From: Octopus sinensis
Taxonomy: Eukaryota
Direction: 5' to 3'
Length of the DNA stretch: 64,000 nucleotides
Assembly: GCF_006345805.1 (NCBI RefSeq)
Contig: NC_043003.1
Coordinates: forward strand, 108,066,001 to 108,130,000
In this document: positions 12,331-24,872 of the stretch, piece by piece
How the letters are laid out: the number at the start of each line of letters is the position of its first letter
How positions within the stretch are numbered: position 1 is the first letter of the stretch
Program-made: the position numbers and the translations under genes
The notes under the pieces: model-generated
The model's input: only the letters and a program-made list of their open reading frames with translations
What the model was told of the DNA's origin: nothing
The model's database searches: none

Positions 12331-13889
12331 TCGGCAGAGTCTGTTCCCTTAAAATTGCTGGCTTTGAGCCTAAACCAGAAACCAATCTATCTGATATACT
12401 TCTTAATCTTTTGAACCCGCCAGTACGCTCCAGCTGGTGTGATTTCGCTTGACTATAACCTTGGGAGACGCAAAAGCAGCTAGCCACATTTATTTGTATT
12501 TACGGTTGGAAAGAAGAACATTGCAGCAAAGCTGCCCGATGGTGGCGTTCGACCTGGTATACAGACTATCATCTAACTTGTTTGAAATGGCGTTTCTATT
12601 CTTCTATTCCGTTTTAGTTTGACATGCTCACTGCATTTTTATTCTTCTTCCTCGCTTTACGAATTCAGTGTGCATATGTGCATTGCATGTTCATACTTCT
12701 TTTTCCAGTTCCTACTCAAAGCTCTATACACATCACAACCATCTCACGAACGTGCGTTCGTGAGGAGCATTTCGCGCGCCGATGTTTATGAAATAACGAT
12801 GTCTCTGCTAATTTAGCAGCCGTAAACACAAAAAACACAAAAAGAGGTGACCACCCATTGTTGCGTCTTCCAATGAAATCACGCCAACTAAAACATAATC
12901 ACGGATTCAGATGGTTAATTATATATTAAATGGATTAGTGCTCTCCGTATTATGTTTTGGGGGTAAATTACTAAAGAAAGTGAGGACTTACAGAAAGAAA
13001 ACATACATGAATTTGGTACATCAACAATCATGTTTCTGCTTACTGACCCGACAATGTTCTAATCTTATTCTAATCTCGACAAAGGTTAATTTAAAAGAAA
13101 GATCAATTTAAAATGCTGGTGCGTAAGCTTAAATATTTTATTTCTAAGAAAGGTCATGTTTCCGCTAAACACTCACGCCTCGCATAACGCCCTCTGGACA
13201 TTTGTCCCTTCCTTGCGAGCTCATTGCTCTAGCTAGGGAGCACCTTTGTCCGGATTAGTAACCATAGGGTTGTAAACCGAACTCTGAGACACTCACAGTC
13301 ATGGATTTATAAAGACGTTGCACTAAGAAATAAAGTTCAGCATACAAACTATGAAATAGAGAGACGGTATAGAAATACATTGTTTTATCTTGTTAAATGC
13401 GCAAAGAGCAATTTCAACTGACAAAACATAGAAAAAAGATAGAAAAGGGAAAAGAAACATTTTTAAAAATTGAGATAAAACGCATTTTCAAAATTGCGTA
13501 AGCGGATGTAAAGCAAATGGTTTTCTGTTCAGAACGAGAATTTTCAAAAGTACACTTACTTTGGTTTCCCCGTCATTCTGTATGCAATTATTTTCGGTGT
13601 CTGCTGTGATTGAATTCCTTGACCTTCGTTTGATGAAAAGCTTCGAAATGCTAGACACTTTACTCGTCACCTCCCTTCACGTTGCCTCACCTGAACTTTA
13701 CATACCCTGAACATTTTTACTGACTGGTTTTCACCAACGCCAACGTTTACTAGTTTCTCGGCTGCTTATGTTTAAGCATTTATCTTTTATTTTCATTTAA
13801 CAGAGATGGTGCAGGTTGTGTCTATGGACTGAAACCCAACTGACCACTTTACAGGCCGAAGAGGGGTGACGGTTTTTGCAGCTCCTACA

Positions 13890-14245
13890 AGTAAATGAAA
13901 CGGAAAAAGTATGTTGGAGCAGTTATTTCTTAAAGCCTGGTTGTTATTCTATTGGCCCTTTTGCCGAACCGCTAATTTGTAGAGACGTAAACAAAACACC
14001 ACCGGTTGCGAACAGTAATGAGGGCCAAGCATACACACATACACACACAAACATATACACGCACACACACATATATACACACATAAACACATATATAGAA
14101 CGGTCTTCTTTCAGTTTCCATTTTCAAAAACCAATCACGAGGCTTTGGTCGACCGGAGGCTATAGTTGAAAACACTTGCCCAGAGTGCCACGCAGTGGGA
14201 CTGAAACCGGTACCATGTGATTGTGAAGCAAACTTCTTATCACAT
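13890..14245 (-). mobile_element. tRNA-derived SINE with internal (CA)n
   Basis: CACTTGCCCAGAGTGCCACGCAGTGGGACTGAAACC head/core plus TGCCGAACCGCTAA tail; homologous to 41260-41670. Confidence 0.8.
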
Positions 14246-14284
14246 CTCTCTCTTTCCCTGTTTGTTCGTCTGTCTACCTGCATG

Positions 14285-14316
<32 letters not shown>

Positions 14317-14317
14317 C

Positions 14318-14357
<40 letters not shown>

Positions 14358-15067
14358 TATAAATTCTTCAGAATCCGATTCTTGTGTACACTGAATATGT
14401 TTATATAACGAGTTCTCCCTTCAAAACGGTGTCAATTTATAGCAAATGTCATGTGTGTAAATTAAGTTAGAGTATCATCATCAGTTAAATATTACATCAA
14501 TTAGACTGTAACAGGAAATGTAATTGACGTCTATGTAATTGATCCTAATGCTAAGTTAATACAAATGATAAATATAATGAGCGGCTCTATGTATATGTGT
14601 GACGTGAAATCTTCAATTACGTATGAACGCTCTTCCTATACATGCTGTAGATTGTTATCGTATGTTTCCTAATTTTATAGATGTCACGTAGTATGCAAAT
14701 GATTTAAGACACCTTGTATGTATATATATATATGTGGTGTGTGTGTGTGCATATATTATATTATATATATATATAATATATATATATTATATAAAATATA
14801 TATGCATATATATATATATATATATATATTTATGTATACATATCTATATATCTATATATATATATAATATATATTATTCCATACAAGCATGAACAAACGT
14901 ATGCACATACATACGTACACAATAGTGCACATTTATGCATACACATAAAAGTGTATACACACACACACATACACAGATATATAGACAGGTTGATTGATCT
15001 ATATATCTACGGAGACAAACACCCGCACTGGTACATGCACAAGCATATTTATGTTTGTATATATATA

Positions 15068-15461
15068 CTAGCAGTATCGCCCGGCGTTGCTCGGGTTTGT
15101 AAGGGAAATAACTATATAAGCATTTTTAGAGATGTAAAGTATAATAGCCATCTCAATATGGCTAACCACAAAGGGGGGTGTTACTGTAGCTTTTTACGTT
15201 TTGAGATTTAATAATAAATTTTTAGAGAGTTACTTCCCTTATATATGCTAAAAATGCATTAAAATGGGAAAAATTGATGGTATATTTAAAAAAAAATCTT
15301 AGTCTCATCGTAGACGCGCGCTAATACCCAGAAGGGCTCGATATGAATCACGACTATAAGATACCCGGTTTTGGTTAAACTGCACCGCAAAATGTGGGAG
15401 TAATTAGGAATCTAAATCGTAGGAGACAGACAGCACACAATCTCACTTTTATATATAAAGA
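15068..15461 (-). mobile_element. Non-autonomous Helitron
   Basis: Minus strand begins A|TCTTTATATATAAAAGTGAG and ends CCCGAGCAACGCCGGG (hairpin) GATACTG CTAG|T: TC start, subterminal hairpin, CTAG end, A|T target, no TSD. Confidence 0.9.
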
Positions 15462-15502
15462 TATATGTATATATGTATATATCTTTATATACATATACAT
15501 AC

Positions 15503-15535
<33 letters not shown>

Positions 15536-16136
15536 TATTATACAAACGTATATATGTATGTATAACGTATAGTATGTATGTATTATATATATATATAATA
15601 TATATATAGATATATATATATATTATATATATATATATTAATATATTATATTTATCTGCGTGTCTGTCTGTCTCTCTCCCTCTCTCTCTTTCTCTCTCTG
15701 TATATATATGTATACATGCAAACATACATACATACATGCATACATACATACATACATACATACATACATACATACTTACACACGGCGGCATACCGATAAA
15801 CCATTGCAGTTTTAATGTTTTTGAAGTTACAAAAAGACTCTGAAGAGACATATTAAGACACGTGTTCTAATTGATGTTAGGCTCAGAGAAGTTCCACCGT
15901 GGTCATAATGCTGACTTCGAGAGCTCACCAAAAAGTTGTCTGTATATGCGTGCACCAGTGTGTGCAGGTGTGTATCTTTTCTTCTCTCTTCTACCTCTAT
16001 CTCTCTCTCTCTCTCTCTCTCACTCACCCTTTTTCTGTGCGTTAGAAATCGAAAGTTATATTACAGCAAATGATGTGAATTTCAATATAATTTGACCTGA
16101 GTGACGCAAAATATCCATCCATCCATCCATCCATCC

Positions 16137-16210
<74 letters not shown>

Positions 16211-16299
16211 TTATCTATATATGAGTCTGTCTGTATATCTGTGTATCTGCCAATCTATCTTTACGCTTCTCTCTGAGACACACCACACACACATATATA

Positions 16300-16360
<61 letters not shown>

Positions 16361-16363
16361 CTA

Positions 16364-17645
16364 CGAGGGACGATCAATAGTAATGCCCCTGACCCACTTG
16401 CAGTTGTTTGATCTAGCTGAAATTTTGCATGTGAAATTATTTATATCTCTATAGATTAAGTGGCAAAATTACAGCTCTGAACTCATTGTGGTTTCTAATT
16501 TACAGGTGTTTGAACTGAGTCAAGTGTGAAATGGAGCCTGTTGAGTGTCGAGCAGTGATCCGGTTTTTGTATTTGAAAGGACGCACACCACGGGGTACTT
16601 TTGATGAAATGAAAGTAACTTATGGTGATGATGCCCCATCATATGACCTTGTAAAACGCTGGCATCGTCAATTCAAACATGGTCGGAACTCTGTGGAAAC
16701 AGCTCCCAGATCTGGTCGCCCCCCCTTCTGCCATTGAGGAGGCATCTGTCCGTCAAGTTGAGGCTGCCATTTTGGAAGATCGACGCATAACTATTCGTCA
16801 AATAGCCTATGAGGTCAAGATTAGTACCGTGTCTGTGGAAACTATCATTCATGACCATTTGCATATGCAAAAGGTGTCTGCCAGATGGATTCCCAGGTTG
16901 CTCACGCCTTTCCAGAAGCAGGAACGCGTCGAGTGCTCGAGGGTGAATTTGGAGATGTGCCAAGAAGATGAGTCAAAATTTTTCAAAAGACTGATTACAC
17001 AGGATGAACCTGGGTCCATCTCTATGATCCAGAGACCAAAGCCCAGTCAATGCAGTGGAAGCACCGTGATTCACCTCCTCCAAAGAAGGCAAGGGTGCAG
17101 CCCTCCGCTGGCAAGGTCATGCTCACAGTCTTCTGGGACCAGGACGGAGTAGTGATGACAGATTTCCTGGCAAAGGGTGCCACAATTACAGGAGCCTATT
17201 ATGCTTCACTTTTGAGGAAATTAAGAGAAGCTATCAAAATCAAGAGGCGGGGCAAGATCAGTAAAGGTATCCTCCTGCAGGACAACGCTCCGGTCCACAA
17301 CTCGCTTGTCGCCAGATCAGAAGCACAGGCGTGCGGCTATGAACTCCTCCCCCATCTCCCTACTCTCTTGACTTTGCACCCTCTGATTTTCACCTCTTCC
17401 CAGCCATGAAGTTGTTTTTGACAGGAAAGCGTTTCCCTGATGATGCAGCCTTGATTTCTGAAGTCACGTCGTGGTTGGAGGACCAAGCTGGGGTCTTCTA
17501 CAAAAACGGTCTCAAGAGCTGCATCAAACGATGGGAGAAATGCGTAACTCTGGGTGGTTCCTATGTAGAAAAAAACTAATAATAATTTTCGTTGCTCTAC
17601 TGATATGGGAAGTGGGTTAGGGGCATTAGTTATTGAACGCCCCTC

Positions 17646-17646
<1 letters not shown>
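16364..17646 (+). mobile_element. Full-length mariner transposon (DD34D), TA target
   Basis: TIRs CGAGGGACGATCAATAGTAATGCCCCTGACCCACTT and AAGTGGGTTAGGGGCATTAGTTATTGAACGCCCCTCG, flanked by TA inside a (TA)n tract; 1283 bp. Confidence 0.97.
16531..17579 (+). pseudogene. Frameshifted mariner transposase
   Basis: HTH N-terminus, WIPRLLT, ITQDE, LQDNAPVH and (frameshifted) PYSLDFAPSDF. There are 34 residues between the second and third D. Split over at least three frames. Confidence 0.95.
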
Positions 17647-17737
<91 letters not shown>

Positions 17738-17864
17738 AGAGTGAAAAATTGAATTTTAAATTTGATTAATATTAATTTAAAACCAGTGGTCTAGCATATA
17801 GAAAATCTGAAGATTCAGAAAAATTATATTACATACATATAGAATGGTCGTCCCTCTTATATGT

Positions 17865-18209
17865 TTTTTTTTTTTTCTTTTTGACCCCCTTCGGTCATGA
17901 ATGACCATGGGATTGCACCTAGAAAGTTACCCTCCTAGACACAAGTCCGGGCAAGGTTGTTTATGGAAGACCAGCAGTCGCCCATGCATACCGGCCTCCC
18001 CTCTCCACGCCACCAGTGTTATCCAAGGGAAAGACAAAGGTCGATACAGCTTGGAACCAGTGACGTCGCAACTCATTTCTACAGCTGAGTGAACTGGAGC
18101 AACGTGAAATAAAGTGTTTTGCTCAAGAACACAACACGCAGCCCGGTCCGGGATTCGAGCTCACAACCTCACGATCGTAAGCTCGACGCTCTAACCACTG
18201 AGCCATGCG
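17865..18209 (-). mobile_element. tRNA-derived SINE with poly(A) tail and about 12-bp TSD
   Basis: Head GGCGCATGGCTCAGTGGTTAGAGCG...GAGCTCGAATCCCGG on minus; T-run at 17864-17883; CCTCTTATATGT repeated at 17853-17864 and 18210-18221. Confidence 0.9.
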
Positions 18210-18239
18210 CCTCTTATATGTATATAATATATATATATA

Positions 18240-18520
18240 TATTATATAAAATCCGTTGTCTGTGTGTGTGTGTGTCGTGTAGGATTTCGGGCATCCTCCA
18301 TCTGATTGCGCTCAAATTTGATATGTAGATACCGACGGTATCAGGGCGTGTATAAGTCTTGAAAAAATTACAAAAATCGATTCCAGGTGAGAATGCGATC
18401 GATAAAGCCGTGGGAACGTGCATTTGTACGTGCAAATACATCAGCTGTTGCGATCGATACTACGCGTACGCGAGAAAAATGCACGTGCAATTTGAGCAAA
18501 AAAAGCCGGCTGGCTTGAAA
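18240..18520 (+). mobile_element. Probable Helitron-like 5' portion
   Basis: TATATAAAATCCGTTGTCTGTGTG start resembles the 5' end of the 15068-15461 Helitron; no hairpin+CTAG end found. Confidence 0.4.
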
Positions 18521-19739
18521 TAATGCCACAAAATGCAGTATATTTAATTTTCATCAAAATTCGCCCCAAGTTGATTTCCTACATGTTTTATCGGATAAAC
18601 TTGTCATTGTTCCAGGTACGTTCTCATAAATTCATCATGCTTTTCCAACTAGAATTACCTCCAGCTAACCCATTTGCATGCATCGTTTTTGTCCTGCTTT
18701 TCTTCCGTCAACCTGTACATAACTGCACCTTCCATTTTTTGTTGTTTTTGTACTGCTTAAAGGCACGTTCCTTTCCTGCCAAGCTTACTGTTCAAACTAT
18801 GTCTGTGTTCTCCCAGTCAACAGCCTTATCATTACTGGTATTTTAAACTCTCCGGTTGCATATTTGTGTGAATAAAATCGTTTTTCTTTGGAATAGAAAA
18901 AAAGTCTTTCTTTATTTCTTCTTTTGCTGGTGTCTCAAATTTAGGTTAAATCAGTGTTTCTCAAAGGGGAGGCCTATGGGACGGTCGAACAAGATGTTTT
19001 GCTCGTTTATATATAGACACGTACTATGGACTTCTGTATGTCTCTATGTAATACGAAAATGTCGCATGAAGGTCGAATGAATGCGCACACGAACTCAAAC
19101 ACTCGCAATCCTACATACAAGTATCTATTTATACTGCTTTAGTAGTATCAGTCTTTGGATTGTAACCATGGTGCAATATCGTGAACAATTTTAGTTAACT
19201 ACTTTCACTTTAGTATGTATTTGTAGGTCTGCCACGTACCTTAGCGATTTCAGGACATGAGTACAGACATCCGTTTAGTCAGCTGCAGCGATGATAAAGA
19301 GAGACACCAAAATAGACACATCCAAAGAAACACACGCATACACATATGCATACATGAATACATACTTAATATATGTACATGTTTACATAATATACGTGTA
19401 TACTTATATACTTACATACATATGCACACAGCATACATGTATATATTCATACATACGTATATATATATATATATATATTCATACATACGTATATATATAT
19501 ATATATATATATAAGATATATATATATATATTATATAATATATATATATACGTACATAGATACATTCAAATACAGGCATACATATTAATTAAAGTATTAG
19601 AGAGTCATTTTCGCAGATTTTACCAACCAGTTTCACATTGAATATTAGATAACAACTCGGTTAATTAACAAATTTTGATAACTTCTTTTACTTTACAAAT
19701 AAATGCATGAACAATATAAAGGGCATAATAGAACTTAAT

Positions 19740-20112
19740 ATACATAAGTGAAATTTAGCATCATCGCTACATCACATGAAAAAGGACATCGCTTAAATGG
19801 CAGCCATTTTCAGCTTCGTGCTCTTTCCAAAACTTGCACCTTTACACTCTGAAGAGTTTCAGAATCCACTTCTTTGATTTCTCTATTGATGTTCTCCTTC
19901 AGTTGCACCAGGTTCCGGTTTGTTGACGTAAACCTTCTCTTTCAGGTATCCTCACAAAAAGAAAAAAAAGATCCGGGCAAGTCTGGAGAAGAACGTGAAG
20001 GCCAGTTGACATTGCCGTAGCAGGAGATTATTCTTTCTCCAAAGCACTGCAGTATCAACTGCATTATTTCTCTTGCGGCATGTGCAGCTGCTCCATCTTG
20101 CTGGAACCATAT
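19740..20112 (-). mobile_element. Tc1/mariner DD41D-like transposase 3' half
   Basis: IWFQQDGAAAH...WPSRSSPDL...GYLKEKVYVNKP on minus. Confidence 0.85.
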
Positions 20113-20113
20113 G

Positions 20114-20501
20114 TGTGATCAACTTTGAATGGGCTTCACGTTTCCCAGACTAGACTAGCTCGGATTTTTTCTTGTGTGGATACCTGAAAGAGGGTCAACG
20201 AACGGGAAATGCCGATGCAACTGAAGGAGAACATGAATAGTGAAATCAGAGAAGTGGGGTCTGAAACTCTTGAGGGTGTTATGATGCAAGTTTTGGAAAG
20301 AGCATGGGTGTGCGAAGCCGAAAATGGCTACCATTTAAACGATGTAATTTTTCATATGTGATATGGAAGTGTTACAAAATTTGACTTGTGCATATTAATT
20401 TCCATTATGTCCTTTATATTAAATAAAAATTTCATGCATTTATTTGTAAAGTTAAGGAAGTTATTAAAACTTGAAACCTGTCAGTAACTTTTGGGACACC
20501 C

Positions 20502-20503
<2 letters not shown>
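20114..20503 (+). mobile_element. Second DD41D-like transposase 3' end with terminal repeat
   Basis: WASRFPD*TSSDFFLCGYLKE...LKENMNSEIREV...NGYHLNDVIFHM*; ends TTTTGGGACACCC-TA. Combining both copies gives about 41 residues between the catalytic Ds. Confidence 0.85.
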
Positions 20504-20566
<63 letters not shown>

Positions 20567-20688
20567 CATACATACTACATACATACATACAACATACATA
20601 CATACATACATAATACATACATACATACATACATACATACATACATACATACATACATACATACATACATACATACGTATATATATAG

Positions 20689-21203
20689 AGAGAATCCCCT
20701 TATAGGGATTCTACGCGCTAGAATTCTCTGCGCAGATTCTCTATGTGTTTAACTATACATTATATCGCATGACTAATATATAGTCGTTTTGACTAAAATT
20801 TTTTGATTGAATGTTTTTAACTTTAATTAAATTCCATTTCCCTTTGATATGATTGAATACTGCAAATTTTTGGATAATTTTCGGTTAAAAGTTGGCGGTT
20901 TATTGTAGTCAACGAACGGACTGCGTCTGCGCAGAGAATTTGAAAAGTTAGGTCGTATGTACGCGAGACAGGTAGCCTATTTTGTCTCGTGTAGATAGGT
21001 TGGTTCCTGCTGACGAAAATCAGACCTCGTGACCTCTCTATGACTCGCTAAAAGAAGATTAGAAACCAATTGGTCCAGGAATCTAGACGGTAAATGTTTT
21101 TAATTTCCAAATTTATTCCTGTCGAATCTTATCCCCAATTTTTGGTGGTTATAGAACTTAGCTGTTCTTTCTAGCACTTAGAATCCCTATAAGTGGATTC
21201 TCT
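20689..21203. mobile_element. MITE-like element with 35-bp TIRs
   Basis: AGAGAATCCCCTTATAGGGATTCTACGCGCTAGAA (20689-20723) vs TTCTAGCACTTAGAATCCCTATAAGTGGATTCTCT (21169-21203). Confidence 0.75.
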
Positions 21204-21345
21204 ATGTATTTAAATATACACTATATCGTATGACTAATATATAGTCTTTTTGACAAAGATTTTTTTTTACGCGTTGGACCACTGGAAATGTAATTTTTGT
21301 TTGAATGTTTTTAACTTTAATTAAATTCCATTTCCCTTTGATATG

Positions 21346-21383
<38 letters not shown>

Positions 21384-21666
21384 ATTTTGAACTAATAGGT
21401 GTAAGAAGATTAGTGCGTTTAAATGTCGAATAGAGCACTGGCACAGTTTAGTTACCTGTTGTCGTCCGCAGGCGTGGTATACTTCCGTTTAATCGACTTC
21501 AGGAACTCTGCAGTGCCATTTAGGGTAATTATATAAAGAACAAAAGCAGGGTGGGTTGAAATGAACGTTGCACAGAATAAAGTTTAATACCAAATACATC
21601 TTCACGTTACTTAATCAATATATATATATACAGACATACACACACATATGTATGTTTGTGTTTATG

Positions 21667-21698
<32 letters not shown>

Positions 21699-22261
21699 TG
21701 TATGTATGTATGTATGTATGTATGTATGTATGTATGTGGGTGTATGTATGTATGTATCCATACATCACCATCGAGTTTTCAGTACCCTTGGTTCCCAATA
21801 CATGCTAGGTTTGGTGAACTCAAAGATATCAAGTGAAAAATATTTTTGTGTAAATAACCCAGTAGTTTGACGCCATGATAAATAATTTTCTTTTTCCTGT
21901 TTTCGCTGCCATTCCTCGAAAACACACATTTGTTTATCAACTGAAACGATATCACGAAGGCGAATACGCTGCCACCAACTCCCGTCTATACATCATTGGA
22001 AGGTGCGATTCTTTAAAAGCAAATAACTATTTCTCACACAGCTTTCACACCAAAACACTGCAATCCAGTCATCTCCCCACTCCCATCTTATTTTTTTCCT
22101 GCGTCGATATCGACGTGTGAATAAGTTTTACAGCACAGTTGAGACTTGCAACGTGATTGGCAGCTAATACGAGAGATACAAATGCAAAATAGGCTGGAAA
22201 TTTACTGAAATCATTGGAGCTGAAGCGGCCAGCCATATCACGATATTCAGACCATTGGATG

Positions 22262-22328
<67 letters not shown>

Positions 22329-22533
22329 AAGAGTGGAGTAGTGTTCGTAGTAACCATTCCAAATTATGTTATGATCAGATTAAAAGAGGTGACGGCCCAT
22401 CAGTTACTGACAAACCATTGATGTACCGGTGTTTCAGTATGCGCATCAGTATGTGTGTGTATGTGTATGTGGGTCTCCCTTCTCTCACTTTATATATATA
22501 TATATACATACATAAATATATATATATATATAA

Positions 22534-24018
22534 CACATCAAAAGCTACGTAAGAGACGATATAGATATGCTCAACCACCTCCCTAAAACAGTCAATGAGA
22601 AAACCCTTCTAGTATCATTCGACGTAGTTAATCTTTATTCTAACATCCCTCACAACCTAGGAATAGAAGCGATTACCTTCTGGCTGAATAACTACCCCTT
22701 TGAACTCCCAACTCGCATAAACAAAGACCTTATAATAGAAGGACTTAGATTCATTTTAGAGAACAATTATTTTATTTTTGACAATGATTTCTACAGGCAA
22801 AGATCGGGAACAGCGATAGGCACGCGTACTGCACCATCTTTTGCCAACCTAGTGATGGGATACCTCGAGAAAATACTATACCGGATAACACTCGAGAAAT
22901 ATGTAAACACCTTCGCCACCTATATCCATAACAACTGGAAAAGATACCTCGATGACTGTTTCATCATCTGGGACAAAGGTATAGAGAAACTTGAAGAATT
23001 TAAAATACTATTAAATGGAATAAATGACAATATACAATTCACGATGGACCACAACGAAAAAGAATTACCATTTTTAGACATCCTCATTAAGAAAACCGGC
23101 AACAAAATAGAGACAGATATCTACTATAAACCGACAGACTCTAAACAGTACCTACCCTTTGATTCATGCCACCCACGACACACTAGAATGAATGTCCCTT
23201 TTTGTTTAGCTAGAAGGATTTGCACCATAATATCAGACACAAACACCCAACACACACGTCTCCAGGAACTTAGAACCACACTCACAAATAGAAACTATCC
23301 ACAGCCCCTAATAGACAGTGCAATCCAACGGGTACTTAAATTAAGTATAGAAGACCTGAGACAAACAAAACCAAAAAAGAAAGAACAATTAAAAACCCTT
23401 CCCTACATCTCTACACACAACCCACTCAACAATGAGGCCTTCAACACCATACTACAAAGCACAGCCCTACTAAAGGGAGACCCAAAGATGAACCGGATCC
23501 TCGAAACACACACCATCATTAAAAGTAAACGGCAACCAAAATCCTTGAAAAGGATTTTAACCCAAGCTACACTGCACTCAACATCAACCACAAAACCAGC
23601 AGTTAGAAAATGTGGAAGGCCCAACTGCGGAATCTGTGTCATCTTGAAAGAAGGATCAGAATTTATACTGGAACAAGGCCACCGGTTCACCATTAGAACA
23701 AACTTCACCTGCGCATCAGAAAACTTAATTTACGTCATAACATGCGCAGGCTGCAATAGGCAGTATATAGGCCATACAAAAAATAGCTTACGTAACAGGA
23801 TGGCGGTGCATAAATCACAAATTAGAAACCCTGATTACCGCAAAATACCGGTCAGCGGACACATAGATAGATGTGCTGGAAATGTAAATCCGAAATTTAC
23901 AACTAACCCGCTCTATAAATTCAGTGACAACGCAACCTTCACACAACGCCAAAATAAAGAACTATATTTCATAAAAAAATTTAGACCAAGTTTAAACACC
24001 CTGGGCCAGGAATACTAA
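22534..24018 (+). CDS. PLE reverse transcriptase + GIY-YIG endonuclease (uninterrupted, N-terminally truncated)
   Basis: Frame is open from HIKSYVRD (22534) through LVSFDVVNLY, GTAIGTRTAPSFAN, RYLDDCF, PFLDILI, CGRPNCGIC, NLIYVITC...YIG...RMAVH to a stop at 24018. The ATG at 22567 is internal. Confidence 0.93.
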   Translation, partial: HIKSYVRDDIDMLNHLPKTVNEKTLLVSFDVVNLYSNIPHNLGIEAITFWLNNYPFELPTRINKDLIIEGLRFILENNYFIFDNDFYRQRSGTAIGTRTAPSFANLVMGYLEKILYRITLEKYVNTFATYIHNNWKRYLDDCFIIWDKGIEKLEEFKILLNGINDNIQFTMDHNEKELPFLDILIKKTGNKIETDIYYKPTDSKQYLPFDSCHPRHTRMNVPFCLARRICTIISDTNTQHTRLQELRTTLTNRNYPQPLIDSAIQRVLKLSIEDLRQTKPKKKEQLKTLPYISTHNPLNNEAFNTILQSTALLKGDPKMNRILETHTIIKSKRQPKSLKRILTQATLHSTSTTKPAVRKCGRPNCGICVILKEGSEFILEQGHRFTIRTNFTCASENLIYVITCAGCNRQYIGHTKNSLRNRMAVHKSQIRNPDYRKIPVSGHIDRCAGNVNPKFTTNPLYKFSDNATFTQRQNKELYFIKKFRPSLNTLGQEY

Positions 24019-24187
24019 AACAAAAGATAAGTCCTCCGAAAAGGAGAAGCAAAATTCCACCACGGCCGCTACCTTAAACAGACACTCGCTCTGACGGAAA
24101 TATGCCTTAGTAAAAAAGAGAAAAAAATTCTTTCGTGCAAATCTGACCCTGATACATACGATACAGCTAAGGGTCAGACCCGATTCT

Positions 24188-24629
24188 GATTGGTCAACAA
24201 GTTGATGACGTCTAGTTCTGCTAGAATGGACAGGATACAAACAGGGGACAGTCATTAGTCAGAATATTGATGACGTCCTTTTCTGCTTGACTAGTCACCT
24301 AACAAGTACAGACAGGGGGCAGATCTAATGTAGCTATAAGTCGTGATTGGGCAGAATCTGGATGACGTCCCGTTCTGCTTGACTAACGAAGCGACTGGTC
24401 AAAACAGGAAACAGACAAGAGGCAGTTATAATACAGCGATTGGTCAAAATGATGATGACGTCCCGTTCTGCTTGACTAAAGCCACCTAACGAAACGATTG
24501 GTCAAAACGTTGATGACGTCACGCTACGCTGGACTGACCACCTAACAGGCATTATAAAACCGAGCACTTCACAAGACTCACTAGAACCACCCAGCGAACA
24601 CCCACCATGGGTCATCACAATTGCTTAAG
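24188..24629 (+). promoter_or_regulatory. Putative Pol II promoter of the PLE pLTR
   Basis: Five ATT(G/A)G-N12-TGACGT modules, TATAAAA at 24553, Inr-like CTCACT near 24580, CCACCATGG at 24602-24610, AAG|GTAAAA donor at 24630. Confidence 0.7.
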
Positions 24630-24872
24630 GTAAAAATGAATTCCTCGCTCTTTCGGAAACATCAATCTTCTCTATTGACTGCTTTCCACCACTTTGATCT
24701 GTTTTTTGTATTGAATACGTATCGCCACCGTGGGCCACTGCATCGAACACTTTGAACATATAGCATGAATGAACTTACTTCAAACTATATATCAACTATA
24801 CATGAACTCTAAGATGTCTGACTCCGTTGTGTATATAAATGAATTTCTTGTGTTTGACGGCATGAGCTGTCT

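Noticed and set aside
22069-22235. Minus-strand ORF with a signal-peptide-like stretch (MAGRF...AYFAFVSLVLAA)
   Set aside because: No convincing splice donor or recognisable continuation; short hydrophobic runs are common in AT-rich DNA.
24188-24521. Repeat-spacer appearance resembling a CRISPR array
   Set aside because: Eukaryotic retroelement context, short degenerate motifs, mutually related spacers and no cas genes; better explained as a promoter array.
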